A DNA stretch of 64,000 bases from Nymphaea colorata (lineage: Eukaryota). Shown in pieces: positions 36,290 through 50,111 of the stretch. The DNA is taken from the NCBI RefSeq assembly GCF_008831285.2, contig NC_045138.2, positions 37,634,001 through 37,698,000 on the forward strand, read 5' to 3'. Position 1 is the first letter of the stretch; every line of letters starts with the position of its first letter. Position numbers and translations under genes: made by a program. Under the pieces are notes generated by a model. That model was not told where the DNA came from. It saw nothing but the letters and a program-made list of their open reading frames with translations, and searched no databases.

Positions 36290-39200
36290 ATGGAGGTGAT
36301 GCAGAGACGACGAGCCTTCTCTCTCTTCCTTCAACGATTTACTCTCGCTTTTCTTGCCTTTTTCCTGTTCATGGGTTTCGGCCAATCAGTTGAAGCTAAC
36401 AAGCACAAGGTAAATGTGGGTGACTTTTTATCTTAACTTTTTACCTTTACCTGAGTTACCACTTTCTTCTCCCATCTGTCAGAAGCGAAAGCAACCTTTG
36501 TCATCTTACTCCGGTGGGGGTTTGTTCAGTCATTTGTGTGGTTTTGATTCTGAACACGCAAAAACTCATGGCGGGTACTGCTCTCCATGCTTGAGCAACC
36601 TGCTTTCGTATCTTTTCAAACAGATTATTCTCCTCTTCAAGAGCTTAGCTATTGCTGTTGTTGAGGGTAAAATACTGCTTTCTTCAGGTTTACATTGTGT
36701 ATCGTGGGCATCATAATGGACTAAAAACTGTAGATGAGATCAGGAAAGTACACCATTCCCTTCTTCTTTCGGTGAAAGAAAGGTATATCTAATTTAATTG
36801 ATTGTCTGAGCTGCCTTTTATCTGCTTAGTTCCATGACTGCGGGGATTCATTAAGATCTCTTTCTCTCTTGTCTCGTAAATTTCAGTGAAGAAGAGGCAA
36901 GGAGCTCCCTGATTTATAGCTACAAGCACAGTATTGATGGCTTTGCTGCCCTTCTCACGCCAGATGAGGCCACTCGACTCTCAGGCATGTTCCTTAACTT
37001 CCTCCCCTTGAGATGAACTTAGAATAAGCAGTAAGTAGATTTATGAAAAGGAAAAAGTACTTGCGGTTGAGACAAATCATTAATGCATTTCCGAAGTCCA
37101 TTACATATGAAAAACTTTGGCAATAGAATGACAGAATTTAAAGTGGATTTAAGATCCTCAACTTGGCCACTCTTACATCTTCAATGTTGCTTTATTTGAT
37201 ATATAGAGTGCGTTTATTTGTTGTAAAACAGAGATTGAGGACGTGGTCTCAACCTTCCCAAGCCAAGCAAGGAGCATGCACACAACAAGGTCGTGGAATT
37301 TCTTGGCAGGCGAGGAAAGCTTCAGTGACGTCGACGCTGATCATGAGTGGACGAGCAGCAGTTTGCTCAAGGAAGCCAGAGACGGGGAGGACATCATTGT
37401 TGGGCTTCTGGATTCTGGTTCGCTTCTATTTTCATTCTATGATTTCACTCATGGAGAGAGAGAGGGAGAGCTAGAGAGAGAGAGAGAGAGAGAGAGAGGT
37501 GGTTTTTTATTGATCAGAAAAGAAAAGGGATATGAGTTAATTTGAGTTTTTTTTTAGGTATAAAAGATCACATTTGGAGGCTGTGATCCTCCTTGAGTTA
37601 CTTTAGTTCATGACCTTGATTTTGTTAAATCACGAGCCACAAATTTCGCCAACTGCTGTGATTTGGTTGTAAATAAGGGACGCGTCAACGTTTGCCCGAC
37701 AAAGAGAACTGCAAGATCTTGCGCTTCTTCTTCTTCTTCTTTGTCTCACATTTTATTCAAATGGACGAAAACGGTTTCACTGATTTCAGGACAAGTTGTC
37801 TGCTTGGTGTTCTTGTTGACCTGAATATTTGTAAAGAATGGGATCGTCTTCCTGATACTCTGTAATAGAGCTGTTAGATTAAGATCCCTTCTTTGATTTT
37901 TCTTTGTTTGATTCTTTCATTTCTTGTTAATGGCAATTCCAGGAGGACGCTACTCCCAGCAGATCTGAATCTGAACGTAGTAAGATAGTCAATTAAATAA
38001 AATGATGCCAAAAAAGAAAAATTAGCATTCTCAGTAAGATTCCATAAGAATTTGCGTTTCCAGTATCCACAAAAGTAAATATACATTTTTCTTCGTTTAA
38101 TTTTTATTTTCCCCTTACTGCGAAAACCAAATTGTGTAAGCACTTCTTTGAACAGATTTACTAAAGAAAACCACTGATTTTTTTGAAAGTTGACTACCAC
38201 ATTTGGACCGCGCCAGTGTCCTTATTTAGCAATCTTTATCCTCTTTTGAAGGTATATGGCCAGAATCAAAAAGCTTCAACGACGAGGGAATGAAACCAAT
38301 TCCTAAGAGATGGAAAGGAATCTGCCAGGAAGGAGACGCTTTCAATTCCTCTCAATGCAATAGGTACATATATGATTCCTCATAACCACTATCAGTTTTC
38401 CTTTTTTCTCAAAATGAAATACAACTATTCACTTTCAAAATGGTCGTGGAAAATGCACCCATATGTCTTTTTCTTCAATACTTCCAAATACAAGTTGATG
38501 AAGGAGCTGACCTAATTTTGAATCTAAGGCTCTCTTCCCTACCTCTTAGGAGGTAATTATTAATTAGTTTCTATAATAATGTTTCCCACGGTAGTCATTA
38601 TATTTTCGCAGTTCAGATGGTCTTACTTTATTTGTCTTCTTCACATCTATTTATAGGTTTAGATAACATGATCGTTATAAATTTTTCAGCAAGGATTAGA
38701 ACTACGAGTTCCTTTTCGTTTCAATTTTTTTCCTGTTATTTTCTGTTTTCTTGGATAACTTTATTTGGGGTTTCAGCAAAGTAGATACTTAGTTTCTCGG
38801 GCAATGGGTTTTGAATTTGTGTCACAAGAAATGAACTAAACAGGCAGTGCGTTACGTTATCATCCCTGCAAAATGACAAAGAGTTATCAAACACATAAAA
38901 CAAACCTCGTTGGCTCGTTCCGCTTCTCAGGCAGACAAGAATATCAATTGCCAGTGATAATTGTCCACGTCTAGTCACAGCTAGCCCTAACCCCTCCCTT
39001 TCTTCCTTGCTAACTGCTAAAAAACAGCCATGAGTTGAAACGCAGCTTCAGTGAATGGCCCGAGTTGAAAGTAGGAACCCGAAAGTCAGCAGATTGATTC
39101 TATTACAGCGGTGCAGTTGGAGAGAAACCTAGCTAACCACTCCTTAACCCGAGGTCCTCAAACGTAAGTTGGAGAGGGGAAGGCTACTCACTCACGTGAA

Positions 39201-42200
39201 GAAACTGGCTAGTTCAGGAAATTGCAGGCGGTGCAAGGATAACCACAACATTCTGCCATGAGTGGTAAAGAAACGAAGAAAGAAAGGTAACTCTTAACAA
39301 CTGCTTCATAATGTTTAAAAAAAAAAGGCACATGAGGGCAAAGAATACGTTCGGATAAGGTATGGTTGCGGGACCATGATCAGTGAACTGTGGCGTGTTC
39401 ATTCCTCTGCTGCAGAAATATGAAGATTCCTGTGGTTGAAGAATGACGAGATGGTTTTGGGGCAGATATTGTATACTGGGTATGCATTGTTTTAGTATGT
39501 AGATCACGTGGGTTACCATATTATTATATCATTTGGTGTGTCAAAGCAACTTAGGTTAGAAAGATAATCCCACAACTCTAATTTTTAAATTAATTTAAAT
39601 GTTTATGTTGATAAAATGGTTTAGTTCAAGTCAATTTTTAAAAAGATTGGACTGCTCATAAAAACTTATTTAAACTGTACTGACTTAAGTTTGCGTTTCT
39701 CACTAAGCTAGAAGTAACATCAGTTACAAGATTAGATTACATAAAGGAACAGTTATGCCAATTTTTTAGGCACAGTATATATACTTTGGCACTCGACCCA
39801 AGCAATATGTTCTCCTGAATGGTGACGGCACATATGGATATGGGCTGGTCGGCAATTACCCATCTACGCCCCATCAATTTGCTTATTTCTACGTTGATAC
39901 CTCATGGCTATTTTATTATTTACATATGGACTCCTCTTTAAAAGAAATTTTAAGCATCAACAATGTCATCGGTCAACTAGATATTTTTTGCTCCACCACT
40001 GATTCTCCTGTATCTCCTTTGGAACACAAGACTGAGTACCGTAATTAGGCAAAGCACTTTGGAACTCAATCGAGTAATTAAACTATCAAATCACGTGGAT
40101 TTTGTTACCAAAAGGCGTAGGATGGGTTCATAAAGGCAAAACAAACTTAGATTCAAGCATGATGAATATCTTTGCACATGAGGGACATACATACATACAT
40201 GCAAACTCCTATAAATGGAGGCAATGGAAATTAATATGCATGTTCGTATTTTTCTCAAGGGTAAAGAAGATTAATTATGAACCACTAGCATGGGTCTCCC
40301 TAAACTCACAACCTAACTCCATCGCCCTTAGAAAAGAAGTTACCACATTAACACAAAGTAAACGTCACAAGTGGACCCGTGACATGAGCACAACTACAAC
40401 AGAAGACTCCAAGGGTTTTCAATGCAAAGTTGGTCTTCAACATTGAGTTGGGGAACATAGGGCCACTCTTAATTTGGTAGTAAGTGGTACAAGAAATTGA
40501 TAAAAAAAAAAAAGCAAGTAAAAATGTTGTCAAATGGTTAAAAAATTAAAAATTTATCTTGCATTGTAAACCATTAAAAATGGTTCTTGTAAATTTTACC
40601 ATCCAACAATATCCGGCGACCATGAACGCACCCCAGAGGGAGAACCTTTCTTCTTCCGTGCTATGTGCCTCACGGTTTTTGTTTGTCTCACCAGGAAGTT
40701 GATCGGTGCTAGATACTACCTCAAAGCCTACGAGGCTCAATATGGCAAACTGAACACCACCTCTGAGTACAGGTCACCAAGAGACCACGACGGCCATGGC
40801 ACCCACACCGCCTCCACGGTTGGCGGCCGGGCAGTCCACAACATCTCCGCCCTCGGCGGGTTTGCCCACGGCTCTGCCTCCGGCGGTGTCCCTCTTGTTA
40901 GGCTCGCAATGTACAAGGTATGCTGGCCGATCCCCGGCGGCGACCTGGCATTGGAGAACACGTGCACTGAGGCAGATATGCTTGCAGCCATGGATGACGC
41001 GATCGGCGACGGAGTTGATGTGTTCAGCATATCCATTGGCACCACCGGCGATCAGCCGTCGTATGCCAGCGACGGAATAGCTATAGGCTCGCTGCATGCA
41101 CTGAAGCACAACATTGTGGTGGCGTGCAGCGCCGGGAACTCTGGCCCGAAGCCGGCGACCGCGTCCAATCTTGCACCATGGATCATCACTGTGGCTGCTA
41201 GCAGCATCGACAGAAGTTTCGAGTCGCCTGTTGTTCTTGGAAACGGCTCAGAAGTTCAGGTAAAAACTTTAGAACAGTCTCTGGGCTTTTCCAACAATAT
41301 CTATGCGTATGTGTACTTACTTTACCGAAGTTAATGTTGTTTTCTAAGAGGGTGTCAGAGTAGTGGAGAAATTTCGTCCCTTGGTTCTTTAATTTCTTCT
41401 TGTTTTTGCAGGGCCAGACGGTGACGCCATACAAGCTAGAAGACAGGTTCTACCCTCTGGTTTATGCCGGAGACGTTTCCATCCCTGGAACCCCTAAAAA
41501 CATCACGGGCGGGTACTGCTTCTTCCTTGTGGTTTAAATTAGAGGATCTTTATACATCTTCATATGTGCATTATAGATCCAAGATTCTTTCCTTCCTTCT
41601 CTCTCTCTCCCTCTCCCAAGGTTTGAAAATATCCCTCCAAGGCTGATGGGACCTATTGCCACTGCTAAAGCACATGGCTGTGTCATATAAGGGAGCCAAA
41701 GGACGGTATCTCCTGTGTACAGAGAGTGAGTTGAGTGTAGGTTGCTTGGTGCATACAACACATATAGGCAAAAAAAGGGCTGGGAGGTGGAACATTTTGG
41801 AAATTATTTAAAAAGAGATAACTTTTTTCCATTTTCTTTTTATCCCTACAAAAAGTTCTTTTTTATTAAATAGGGGCATTTTGTCATTAATTATACACGC
41901 ACACTAAAATTTCATGCACTAGTATGACATACGTAACCTACTTTGTTGGGTATATGAAGTAAATTCAAGAAGTTTTTATTGCTGCTTCTACAATATTTAG
42001 GGCTGCCCTGTCCATGGGATCCGCAGCTGTTTTCAGGACCTGGGTGGGCAACGGAACTCTTTTTTCAAAACTTCTATGAAGTTTTTCATCAACGTAAAAT
42101 CGGGCATAGACTAGCTGGATGCAGATTCAGTTTTAAATAATACCATATGATACCAAATCTCAGTCCAAGTCCAATCCGGACAAATTTGGTAGTGAGTTCA

Positions 42201-44108
42201 GTCAAGGCTTGGATTTCCACCCTCAGATGACCACCAGAATGCTGTTTTGAGAAGTGAATAATCTTCCAAAACTGAAGGTGCTTTTTGATGCGTACAGGCA
42301 ATGCCTTACTGGTTCCCTAGATCCCTCAAAGGTGAAAGGTAAGATAGTGTTTTGCCTGAGGGGGAAGGAAGCTAGAGTCTCGAAAGGGTTGGAGGTGCGC
42401 CGAGCCGGTGGAGCAGCCGTGATCCTAGGCAACATTAAGTTGAATGGGGCTGAGATATCTGTAGATGCATACGTTCTCCCCGGGACAGCCGTAGTTTACA
42501 AAGATACAAAAGCTATACTTAAGTACATCAAATCAAGCAAGAACCCAGTGGCCAAGATTATGCCGGCCAAAACGATCCTAGATGTCAAACCAGCTCCGGT
42601 CATGGCTGCATTCTCATCTGTCGGACCAAATTCAGTTGAACCTAACATTCTCAAGGTACGTGTACTACATTAATTCTAATCAACCCCATAAAGTATGAAA
42701 ATTTTTAGTCTCATGTATTGTGCTGTTAATCTGTTGTGTTGGTTTATTTTTTACTGTTCCTTCGTTTCCTGCACTAGATTATGCTCAATTTTTTGGATCG
42801 TGTAACTAATTTGTGGTTGTAAGCCAAAATCTTCACATCTTTTTTTGTTTTTCCCTTCTCTATTTGGGGCCTCTTGTTTAACAGCCGGATATTACTGCTC
42901 CTGGACTCAACATTTTAGCTGCATGGAGTGAATCATCCCCTCCAACAAAGCTCCCATCTGATCGAAGAAGGGTCAAGTATAACATAATTTCTGGGACTTC
43001 CATGTCCTGTCCTCATGTAGCAGCGGTAGCTGCACTTCTGAAGGCTATGCATCCTCAATGGAGCTCTGCTGCTGTAAGGTCTGCCATCATGACCACAGGT
43101 AATTAGTCTTCTCCCCCACTTACTTAGTTTCTTGATTGCAAGGTAAACAACAGGAATGAAGCAGGAGGTGATTCATGTAGCACTTTATCCTATCTAGAAG
43201 CTGATGGCGGCACTAGGAATGTTCATGCAACCATTCATTGATTTCAGAAACAAGAGTCCGCAGAGTTTTAAAGAAGAGAAAAATGAACTTCCATCCCTTT
43301 ATCCCTCATAGTTTTATGATGGAAGGTTACTTGGTTTACCTTTAAAAGCCTACTCAACCTCCATACCGGAGCTTGGCCAAGTAGACAAGCACCTTTTCTT
43401 CACTCTAGCTTCATGACAGTCAGAAAGAAGTGGGTTACAGAGGGTGAGCTATAGTGCGAGAAACTCAGTAGAGGATTCAGTTTTACTGTTGGCAACAATA
43501 TTTATTCTGAAAGTTTAGCAGAGTTCACTGATCACAACCGTGTTACTTATCCTGTCTCCTTTGCAGCTAAATCGACCAACAACCTGGGTCTACCCTTGAC
43601 CAGTACTGGATCGGCCGGCAATGCCAACCCATTCAACTATGGCTCTGGCCACCTGAATCCAATGGATGCAGCAGATCCTGGTCTCGTATATGATGCTTCA
43701 TATGAAGACTACCTCCTCTTCCTCTGCAGCTCAGGAGCGCAAATTGACAGTTCATTCAAGTGCCCGGTGAAATCACCTAGGCCGTATGAGCTAAACTACC
43801 CGTCGGTAGCCATTTCTGCCCTCAATGAGACAACAATTGTGACAAGAACTGTAACAAACGTTGGAATCACTGGTAAGGTCACCTACAATGCCAGTGTTAT
43901 CCCACCATCCGGTGTTAGTGTCAAAATTCATCCAAGAAAACTCCATTTTCGTGCCGTCGGTGAGAAAAGGAGCTTTACTGTAACATTCAAGGTCACCGGA
44001 CATGGTAGAAGCAGTGGCATGAAGAAAGGGGATTATGTTTTTGGGTCATACACTTGGAGCGACGGCACACACAGGGTCAGAAGCCCCATTGTAGCTTCAC
44101 TAGCATAG
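36290..44108 (+). CDS. SBT5.6: Subtilisin-like serine protease (S8A), SBT5.5/5.6-like, ~796 aa: signal peptide, I9 prodomain, catalytic and PA domains, Fn3-like C-terminus
   Basis: 10 exons join in frame: 36290-36409, 36688-36782, 36887-36984, 37232-37417, 38252-38363, 40695-41259, 41412-41512, 42298-42655, 42885-43098, 43567-44108 (2391 nt). The catalytic triad is in [18 protein letters not shown] and SGTSMSCPH. The oxyanion motif is SAGNSG and the prodomain junction is HTTRSW. Subfamily assignment is by recalled similarity. Confidence 0.93.
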
Positions 44109-45401
44109 TATGTAGTACCCTTTAAGATGTGAACCAAGGCAACAATAAGATTGCATATGTGGGTTTTCTCACATACTGATTCAGCTTATGTAGAGACTGT
44201 GGTCTTTATAGAATGATTTGAAAGTGTAGATAGACAGAATCATGTTGTCTACTGGTGATTTGCAAGAAAAGAAGGAAGCGCTTGCTAAAAGTTGCCAGTA
44301 TTATGTTAGACATGGTTCTTCAATTGCATGGTTCTTCAATTGTACCGTGCTTTGTGGGTTTTCTGTTTCTCCTTTTCCTTTCTCCTTGTTTCTGTCCTTT
44401 CTTTTGAATTCATTTCTGTGTTCATGCAGTTTTTACCGTGCTCCAGAGATCTTGCCAAGTTTCTCCTGTTGCCTTTTTCTTTGTGCCTCTGAAGATCCAT
44501 TTCAAAACCAAAAACCAGACTTTAAATTAATGCTGACACAACAATGCTGCTGGAACTTTCAAGCAATTCATGTTGGTAGTTCCAGTAGGATCGTGCAATT
44601 GGCTCTTCTTCTATGTGCTTTACCTGTCAGATTAGACGGTCCCAAGTTAAAGTTTGAATCAATTGTGCACTTACTGCGTAATTCATTTTTTGGGTAGATA
44701 ACATCAGGCGCAGTCCTGTTCACCATGATTCACGCAAGTCCAAGTCTCTTAATCAACATTCCTCGTCCCATTCTCGACTCTCGCCAAAGTCAAGCTTAGA
44801 AATTTTTTTCTTGGAAACCTTTTCTTTCTTTGTTTGATCATGTCAATAGCATATTATGAGATATTCTTCATCTCTTTGATTTGCCGAGCTTATCCATTCA
44901 TCAACTAACAAATATCTAGCCCCAAGGCTGTCGCTTTCTCTAGTAAAGACACACGATTGCTGCACACGGCGAGAAGGCCAAACCCTTACACAAGTGAGTT
45001 TTTCATTGTCCAGGTTGCCTTGCTTCCCCCACTGAAAAGTGGAAGAAAAGGACCTCTGGATCCATCTCCATCACATACCTCTGCAAGCCTTCTCTTGACT
45101 AACGAAACTCTTCAATGCAGAATTTGAGTAGCTGGCCTACCAGTCCTATCTACGTGATCAAGTCGACGAAACGACGGGAGTTCAAGATCTACAAGAAACC
45201 GCTAAAAGATTACATTGAATGTGTACAGATGAGCAGTTGGCAGGTAAGAAAGACGTCAAAAGATGTATCAGGTAATGCATTTAATGCAAAACTACCAAGA
45301 GAAAGTAAGGATGCAAATGGTTCGCATCTGAAAGAATTAAGATGAGGCCCCGACTTTGCGATGGGGCTCCTTGAAAGTTGGGCTTCTAAGGTCTATTGCA
45401 G

Positions 45402-45623
45402 GCATTTGATAAGAAAAACATTGTATTTTTTTCGAACATATAATCATGATTCAAGAAAAATATGTGTTGTAAAACATGTTGCAATTACGAACATTTTTAG
45501 ATTCAGCAGTCAAACACTGGATATAATCAGATAGCATATTTTCTAAAATAAGAACAAAATGTTCTTAGAACAAGTGTTGTAAAACTAATATTTCCAGAAC
45601 AGAATGTTTTTCTTATCAAGTGC
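45402..45623. mobile_element. MITE with 21-bp TIRs (Tourist-like)
   Basis: GCATTTGATAAGAAAAACATT (45402-45422) and AATGTTTTTCTTATCAAGTGC (45603-45623) are 20/21 complementary. A more diverged relative appears to end near 9908. Confidence 0.75.
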
Positions 45624-46199
45624 TTTCTATGGGTGATTACCTGGTCCTCACTCCTACATGATTCAAAAACTAAACCGGAACCAATACTGAGTCACACAGC
45701 TCACCGGATATAGGTAGGGGTGCACGAGGTGCTTAGTCCACTTGATTAAGCGCTTTGGTTTAAGATCCTCACGTAAGTTTGATTCTCAAGGTGCATTAAA
45801 TATTTTTGCTGTAATTTCGTAGATCGCTTGTTCAAGAGTACTCCTACACTTGATTACATCCATTTTAATCAGATCTGGTAAAAAGGAATCCCGATCTGAT
45901 TACTATTCAAATTTGGGTCGAGTGGTGAATCTGATAAAGTTCAACCTGTTTACATATTAATGTTGTTAGATCCCAATTTCGTCCAATCTAGATTTTGGTT
46001 TTGAAAAACATTCGTGTCTGAATCAGAACCCAACTGCTATAACCCCTTAAGTGGAATTGGTAAAGATTGAATACCGCTCAACATTTTGAGTGAGAAAGAG
46101 GTTAACAACCTACCACCTAGAAAAAAAAGGCCTGAATACTGCCAATTCCTCCTACCTTCTTAGTCTTAGGCTACATCAACAGCAATGCACATTTCAATT

Positions 46200-46313
46200 T
46201 AGGTATTGCACTTCACCATTTAAGAGACAGAAGTATAGTACCCACTAGAATCGAACTATGAACCTGGCTTTTCAGGTGCCCCTAACCCGACCAACTACAC
46301 TATGCTACACCCC
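46200..46313 (-). mobile_element. tRNA-derived SINE-like head (degenerate)
   Basis: The minus strand has an A-box-like TAGTGTAGTTGG (46302-46291) and a B-box-like AGTTCGATTCT (46257-46247) at Pol III spacing. It does not form a full cloverleaf. Confidence 0.45.
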
Positions 46314-47176
46314 GTGGATCCACTCAAATTTCAACAGTTTACATTTTTAGTAGTGATTATGTGAGTTTGTGGGTGTGCACGGACATTCACATGAGCAAAC
46401 AAAAACGTAGGCAACGCGACTGATTCACATTCGTGCCATACAAGTTTATGGTTGGACTCTTGGATTTAAGAACACAATTCAGACGTCTTAAAGTTTGAAG
46501 CCAATGTCTAGTTGACTTTTAACTTCTCTTGTACGAAAAACCAATTGGGCAATAAGGTGGAGCCAAAATGTCTATCTTACAACATAATTCGATTCCTTTT
46601 CTTGTTGTGTAAAGGAAAAGAAAGAGGTAAAATCCAAGTTGCACTTGTTGAATCGTGCCAGATCAGTTTTTGGACGGTTCATGGTAGCAGAGTCTTAATT
46701 AGAGTCAGAACAAAATTCGGTAAAGTAGTGTTGAGTCTGAATTTGGTATTTTATTCCTATATGAGAACCAACAGATAAGAAAGTGTTGCGCGCAAGTTAA
46801 CAACAAAAATTGCATTCTTGATCACAACTTGTTTTGGATTCGCATGTGATCATTGATACAAATCTAAATTTTAATCTGAATGTGTATTTGGGTAGTACTC
46901 AAATAATCTAAAGGGCGATTTGAATACTGAATCATTTATTATTATTGTTGTTGTTGTTGTTGTTATTATGGTGGTGAAGAAAAAGCCTAGCAATTATCAA
47001 TAGTTGGCTCTTCCAGCCGATGAGAAAGAGTGAGCCGTTCTCGGGATGAAGGAATGATTATGAAGGAGCGTGCTCCCGACGGCACACTTCCTCCGTCGCC
47101 CTCCTTCCCACGGTCACCTTTAAATACTACCGGGCACCCACCTCCGCTCGCCTCTGAAGACGGAGCCTCTCCGGCG

Positions 47177-47605
47177 ACGGCTATTGGATTCCGGCCGAAC
47201 CCCAGCCAGGCGGCGACGACGGAGGACCTCTTCGAGGAAGACGTAATGTGGGGGAATGGCGAACCAGCTTCCAGAGACCTCGCAGTCGTGGTTCGGGAGA
47301 TGACGACCAACGGTGCCCCGGAGTCAGCTCGCTCGCCTCCGTTGAGCATTCCAGCGAGAAAGATCAGGAAGTCAGGGGCGTTTCGCGGTGGGGACAGCGA
47401 GGAGTCGGACGAGGAGGAGATGGTGCCTCCGCACATTATCATCGAGAAGCGGTTCGCCGGAGATGGCCGGAAGACGGCGTCCTCGGTGGTCACGGGAAAC
47501 GGGCGGACTCTGAAGGGGAGGGACCTGAGGAGGGTGAGAAACTCGGTGTTGATGCAGACGGGCTTCCTGGAGGGACGCCTCCTCCCCTCAGAATTATCTC
47601 TCTAA
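47177..47605 (+). CDS. S40: Senescence regulator S40 family (DUF584) protein, copy 1; start codon uncertain
   Basis: Intronless, with motifs FEEDVMW, SPPLSIP, MVPPH and VTGNGRTLKGRDLRRVRNSVLMQTGFLE. The position homologous to the paralogues' start is ACG (47177). Alternative in-frame ATGs are at 47054, 47060 and 47246. Confidence 0.85.
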   Translation, partial: TAIGFRPNPSQAATTEDLFEEDVMWGNGEPASRDLAVVVREMTTNGAPESARSPPLSIPARKIRKSGAFRGGDSEESDEEEMVPPHIIIEKRFAGDGRKTASSVVTGNGRTLKGRDLRRVRNSVLMQTGFLEGRLLPSELSL

Positions 47606-50071
47606 TTTCTCTCTTTTTACTTCATTTGAACAAAAAAACAAAGCAAAGAATTACTCAGCACAACGAGGATTTGTGGGTGCTCAAATGATTTGAAGAATTT
47701 GAACATGTATAATAATTCCAGTTAACAAAAAATAAAAGAAAGCTTTCATTCGCTTTCCAACAGTTTTGATCTCGACGCCGGAAAGACTTCCGGCCGTCGT
47801 AATCGGGAAAATATACTAGTGAATTTCACAACTTGCTGTATTTTTTTTTTTCCATGACGGAGGAAATCGACACGTACCATCTAATTGATTTGAGCTAATT
47901 TTTCATCTCCTTGGATCTTTCACGCAAGGGGTACTGACGTTTGGCAACTCTCTTTCAACTTAAGAACGAAAACCTTTTCATTCAGCCAGGTGTGTGGAGC
48001 CCTTAAAAGCAGCTGGACCAGCGAAAACGACGACTTGCGAAATGGCCAATCTAAGCATTCATGTGAAGTGAACTCGATCCCCATCCGCTTGATTAGATTT
48101 AGACACCGACGTCTAAAATCTTGGACTTATTCAACCAGGAGAACGCGGCTAAATATCCCGCTTTATCCGGACAATATCATGTAAGAATATCCCGCTAAAT
48201 TTTCCAGATGACAAATACAAAAGCTTATTATACAAAAGAATGTCCCGCTTTCTCTCATGCTAGCTTATCACACAGATCACGCTTTATTAGATTTAGACAC
48301 CAACATTCGAAATGAGATCTAAATTATTAAGACATACATGAATAGAGAGTAATTTGGCAAAATATTTGCTTGGGCATATCTTGTGTACAGTAAACGGTAG
48401 TGTAATTGTATGGAAGAAAATGATAATGCTGACCTCGAGCCGTTCTGGATAGTCACCGGCGCAAGCAAGCGCATATCAGCTTCATTTTTCATAAAAAACT
48501 ACAACCATGCATGTCACATGGGTTAATGGGGGACAACCAATCCGAGGGATATATAGTCATGTGACTTTCTGCCTTTTAAGGGCGTGTTTGAGCATGTCTA
48601 GCAAAGATCTTGGCGATGTCACCTTCTTCCGCCCTGCGTATGTTCATGCATGTTTTGAATCCGTTTAGCCAGATGCATGCAGTAAAGGGATCTAGATCCA
48701 ATTACTAGTTCAATTGAAATTCAACATATAATGGAATCTGAATCTAAGCATGATACCCAACCGAGATCCGGTGAAAACATCAGATTTGACGCTACTTCGA
48801 TCCAAATTCAGTTAAAAAAAAAAAAAAGAAGGTTCAAATCCAATTTAATGTAAATCCATTAGATAGAATCTAATTAGTCAAATTCGACAAAGCTGGATCC
48901 GAACCGTATTTTGAAATAGTACATCAATTGTAAGTTATTGCTTCATGTTGGCGAAGAAGAAAACTCTAATGAGTGTTTGATGGATTTGGGATAAACTAAG
49001 GGCTTTGGTTTACTTGAATGAAGAAACAAGCCACCTGTGCCGGTGGCGGGCGCCATGGACGTTTTCTGTTACTCCTCCTCCTCCTGCACGATACACATAT
49101 TCGTTAAAAAAATATTTTTGTTTGCTTGTTGCTTACGGATCCAAGTATCCAAGCTTAAAAGACCGGATATTGTCAATGTTACGAGTATATAAAGTTAGAA
49201 GCAATCTTTCCAATGGGGCAAACTTGAACAATTTGTATATTTCATGTGAAAAAACATAGAGCAAACAAATAAAATTTAAAAATTATACAAACTTATAGAA
49301 ATGATATAAATAAAAAAATCATCGCTGAGTCAGAAGATTTTTATATATAAAATGAGTGAATGATGATTATAGCTGTCTCTAACGAAGGGCGTCCATATTG
49401 GTGATTAAGAAAAAAACAAAGAAAAAAAAACGTGTAAACTAATAATAGATAACGAAAATGTCTATTAACCGGACATCATGTTCAATGAAACAACTTTGGT
49501 TAGATGAGTATATATATATATATATATATTGTCGAAAATGTGCATGTGAATATATTTCCAATTTTTATATAACATGTGACCTTGACTTCTTATTGCAATA
49601 AAATGAACACGATTGCAAGATTATAAATCTTTTTATTATTTGAGTATGTTATTTTACATATAAAAAAAATTAACGACCAGTGAAATATCAAAATTAAAAA
49701 AAACAACATTTTTAACTTGAAGAAATTAACCCATGTTTTTTTTTCACTAAATTAGCAACCACAAACATGCAGGAAGTTGATGTTTTGTTTAAAATATGTT
49801 TTAACATGAATTCAGTGGTATGTTCTTTATTTTGTAAATTTCGGAAACGTTTGATAGGAGGAGAAAAAGTCCAGGAATTATCTTTTCCTGACATAATCAT
49901 CCTCACCTATAGAAGAAGAAAAGAAGGAAAAAAAAAAAAAAAAATCCCACTGTAGAAACATTTGTCGCTTTCAAACGGGTCTCCAGATGTTGCTTCTCAC
50001 CGTGGCCTTAATCCTTTTGTCTGATTTTCGGTCTTATCCATCCAGAGATGACAAATCTCTTATCTCATATT

Positions 50072-50111
50072 CCATCCCATCCCATCCCATCCCATCCCAT
50101 CCCATCCCATC
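50072..50111. repeat. (CCATC)8 pentanucleotide microsatellite
   Basis: Directly visible in the sequence. Confidence 0.95.

Noticed and set aside
45040..45100. LWIHLHHIPLQAFS resembling a LINE ORF1 (DUF4283-adjacent) motif
   Set aside because: It is a single short motif bounded by stops, which is insufficient without a search.
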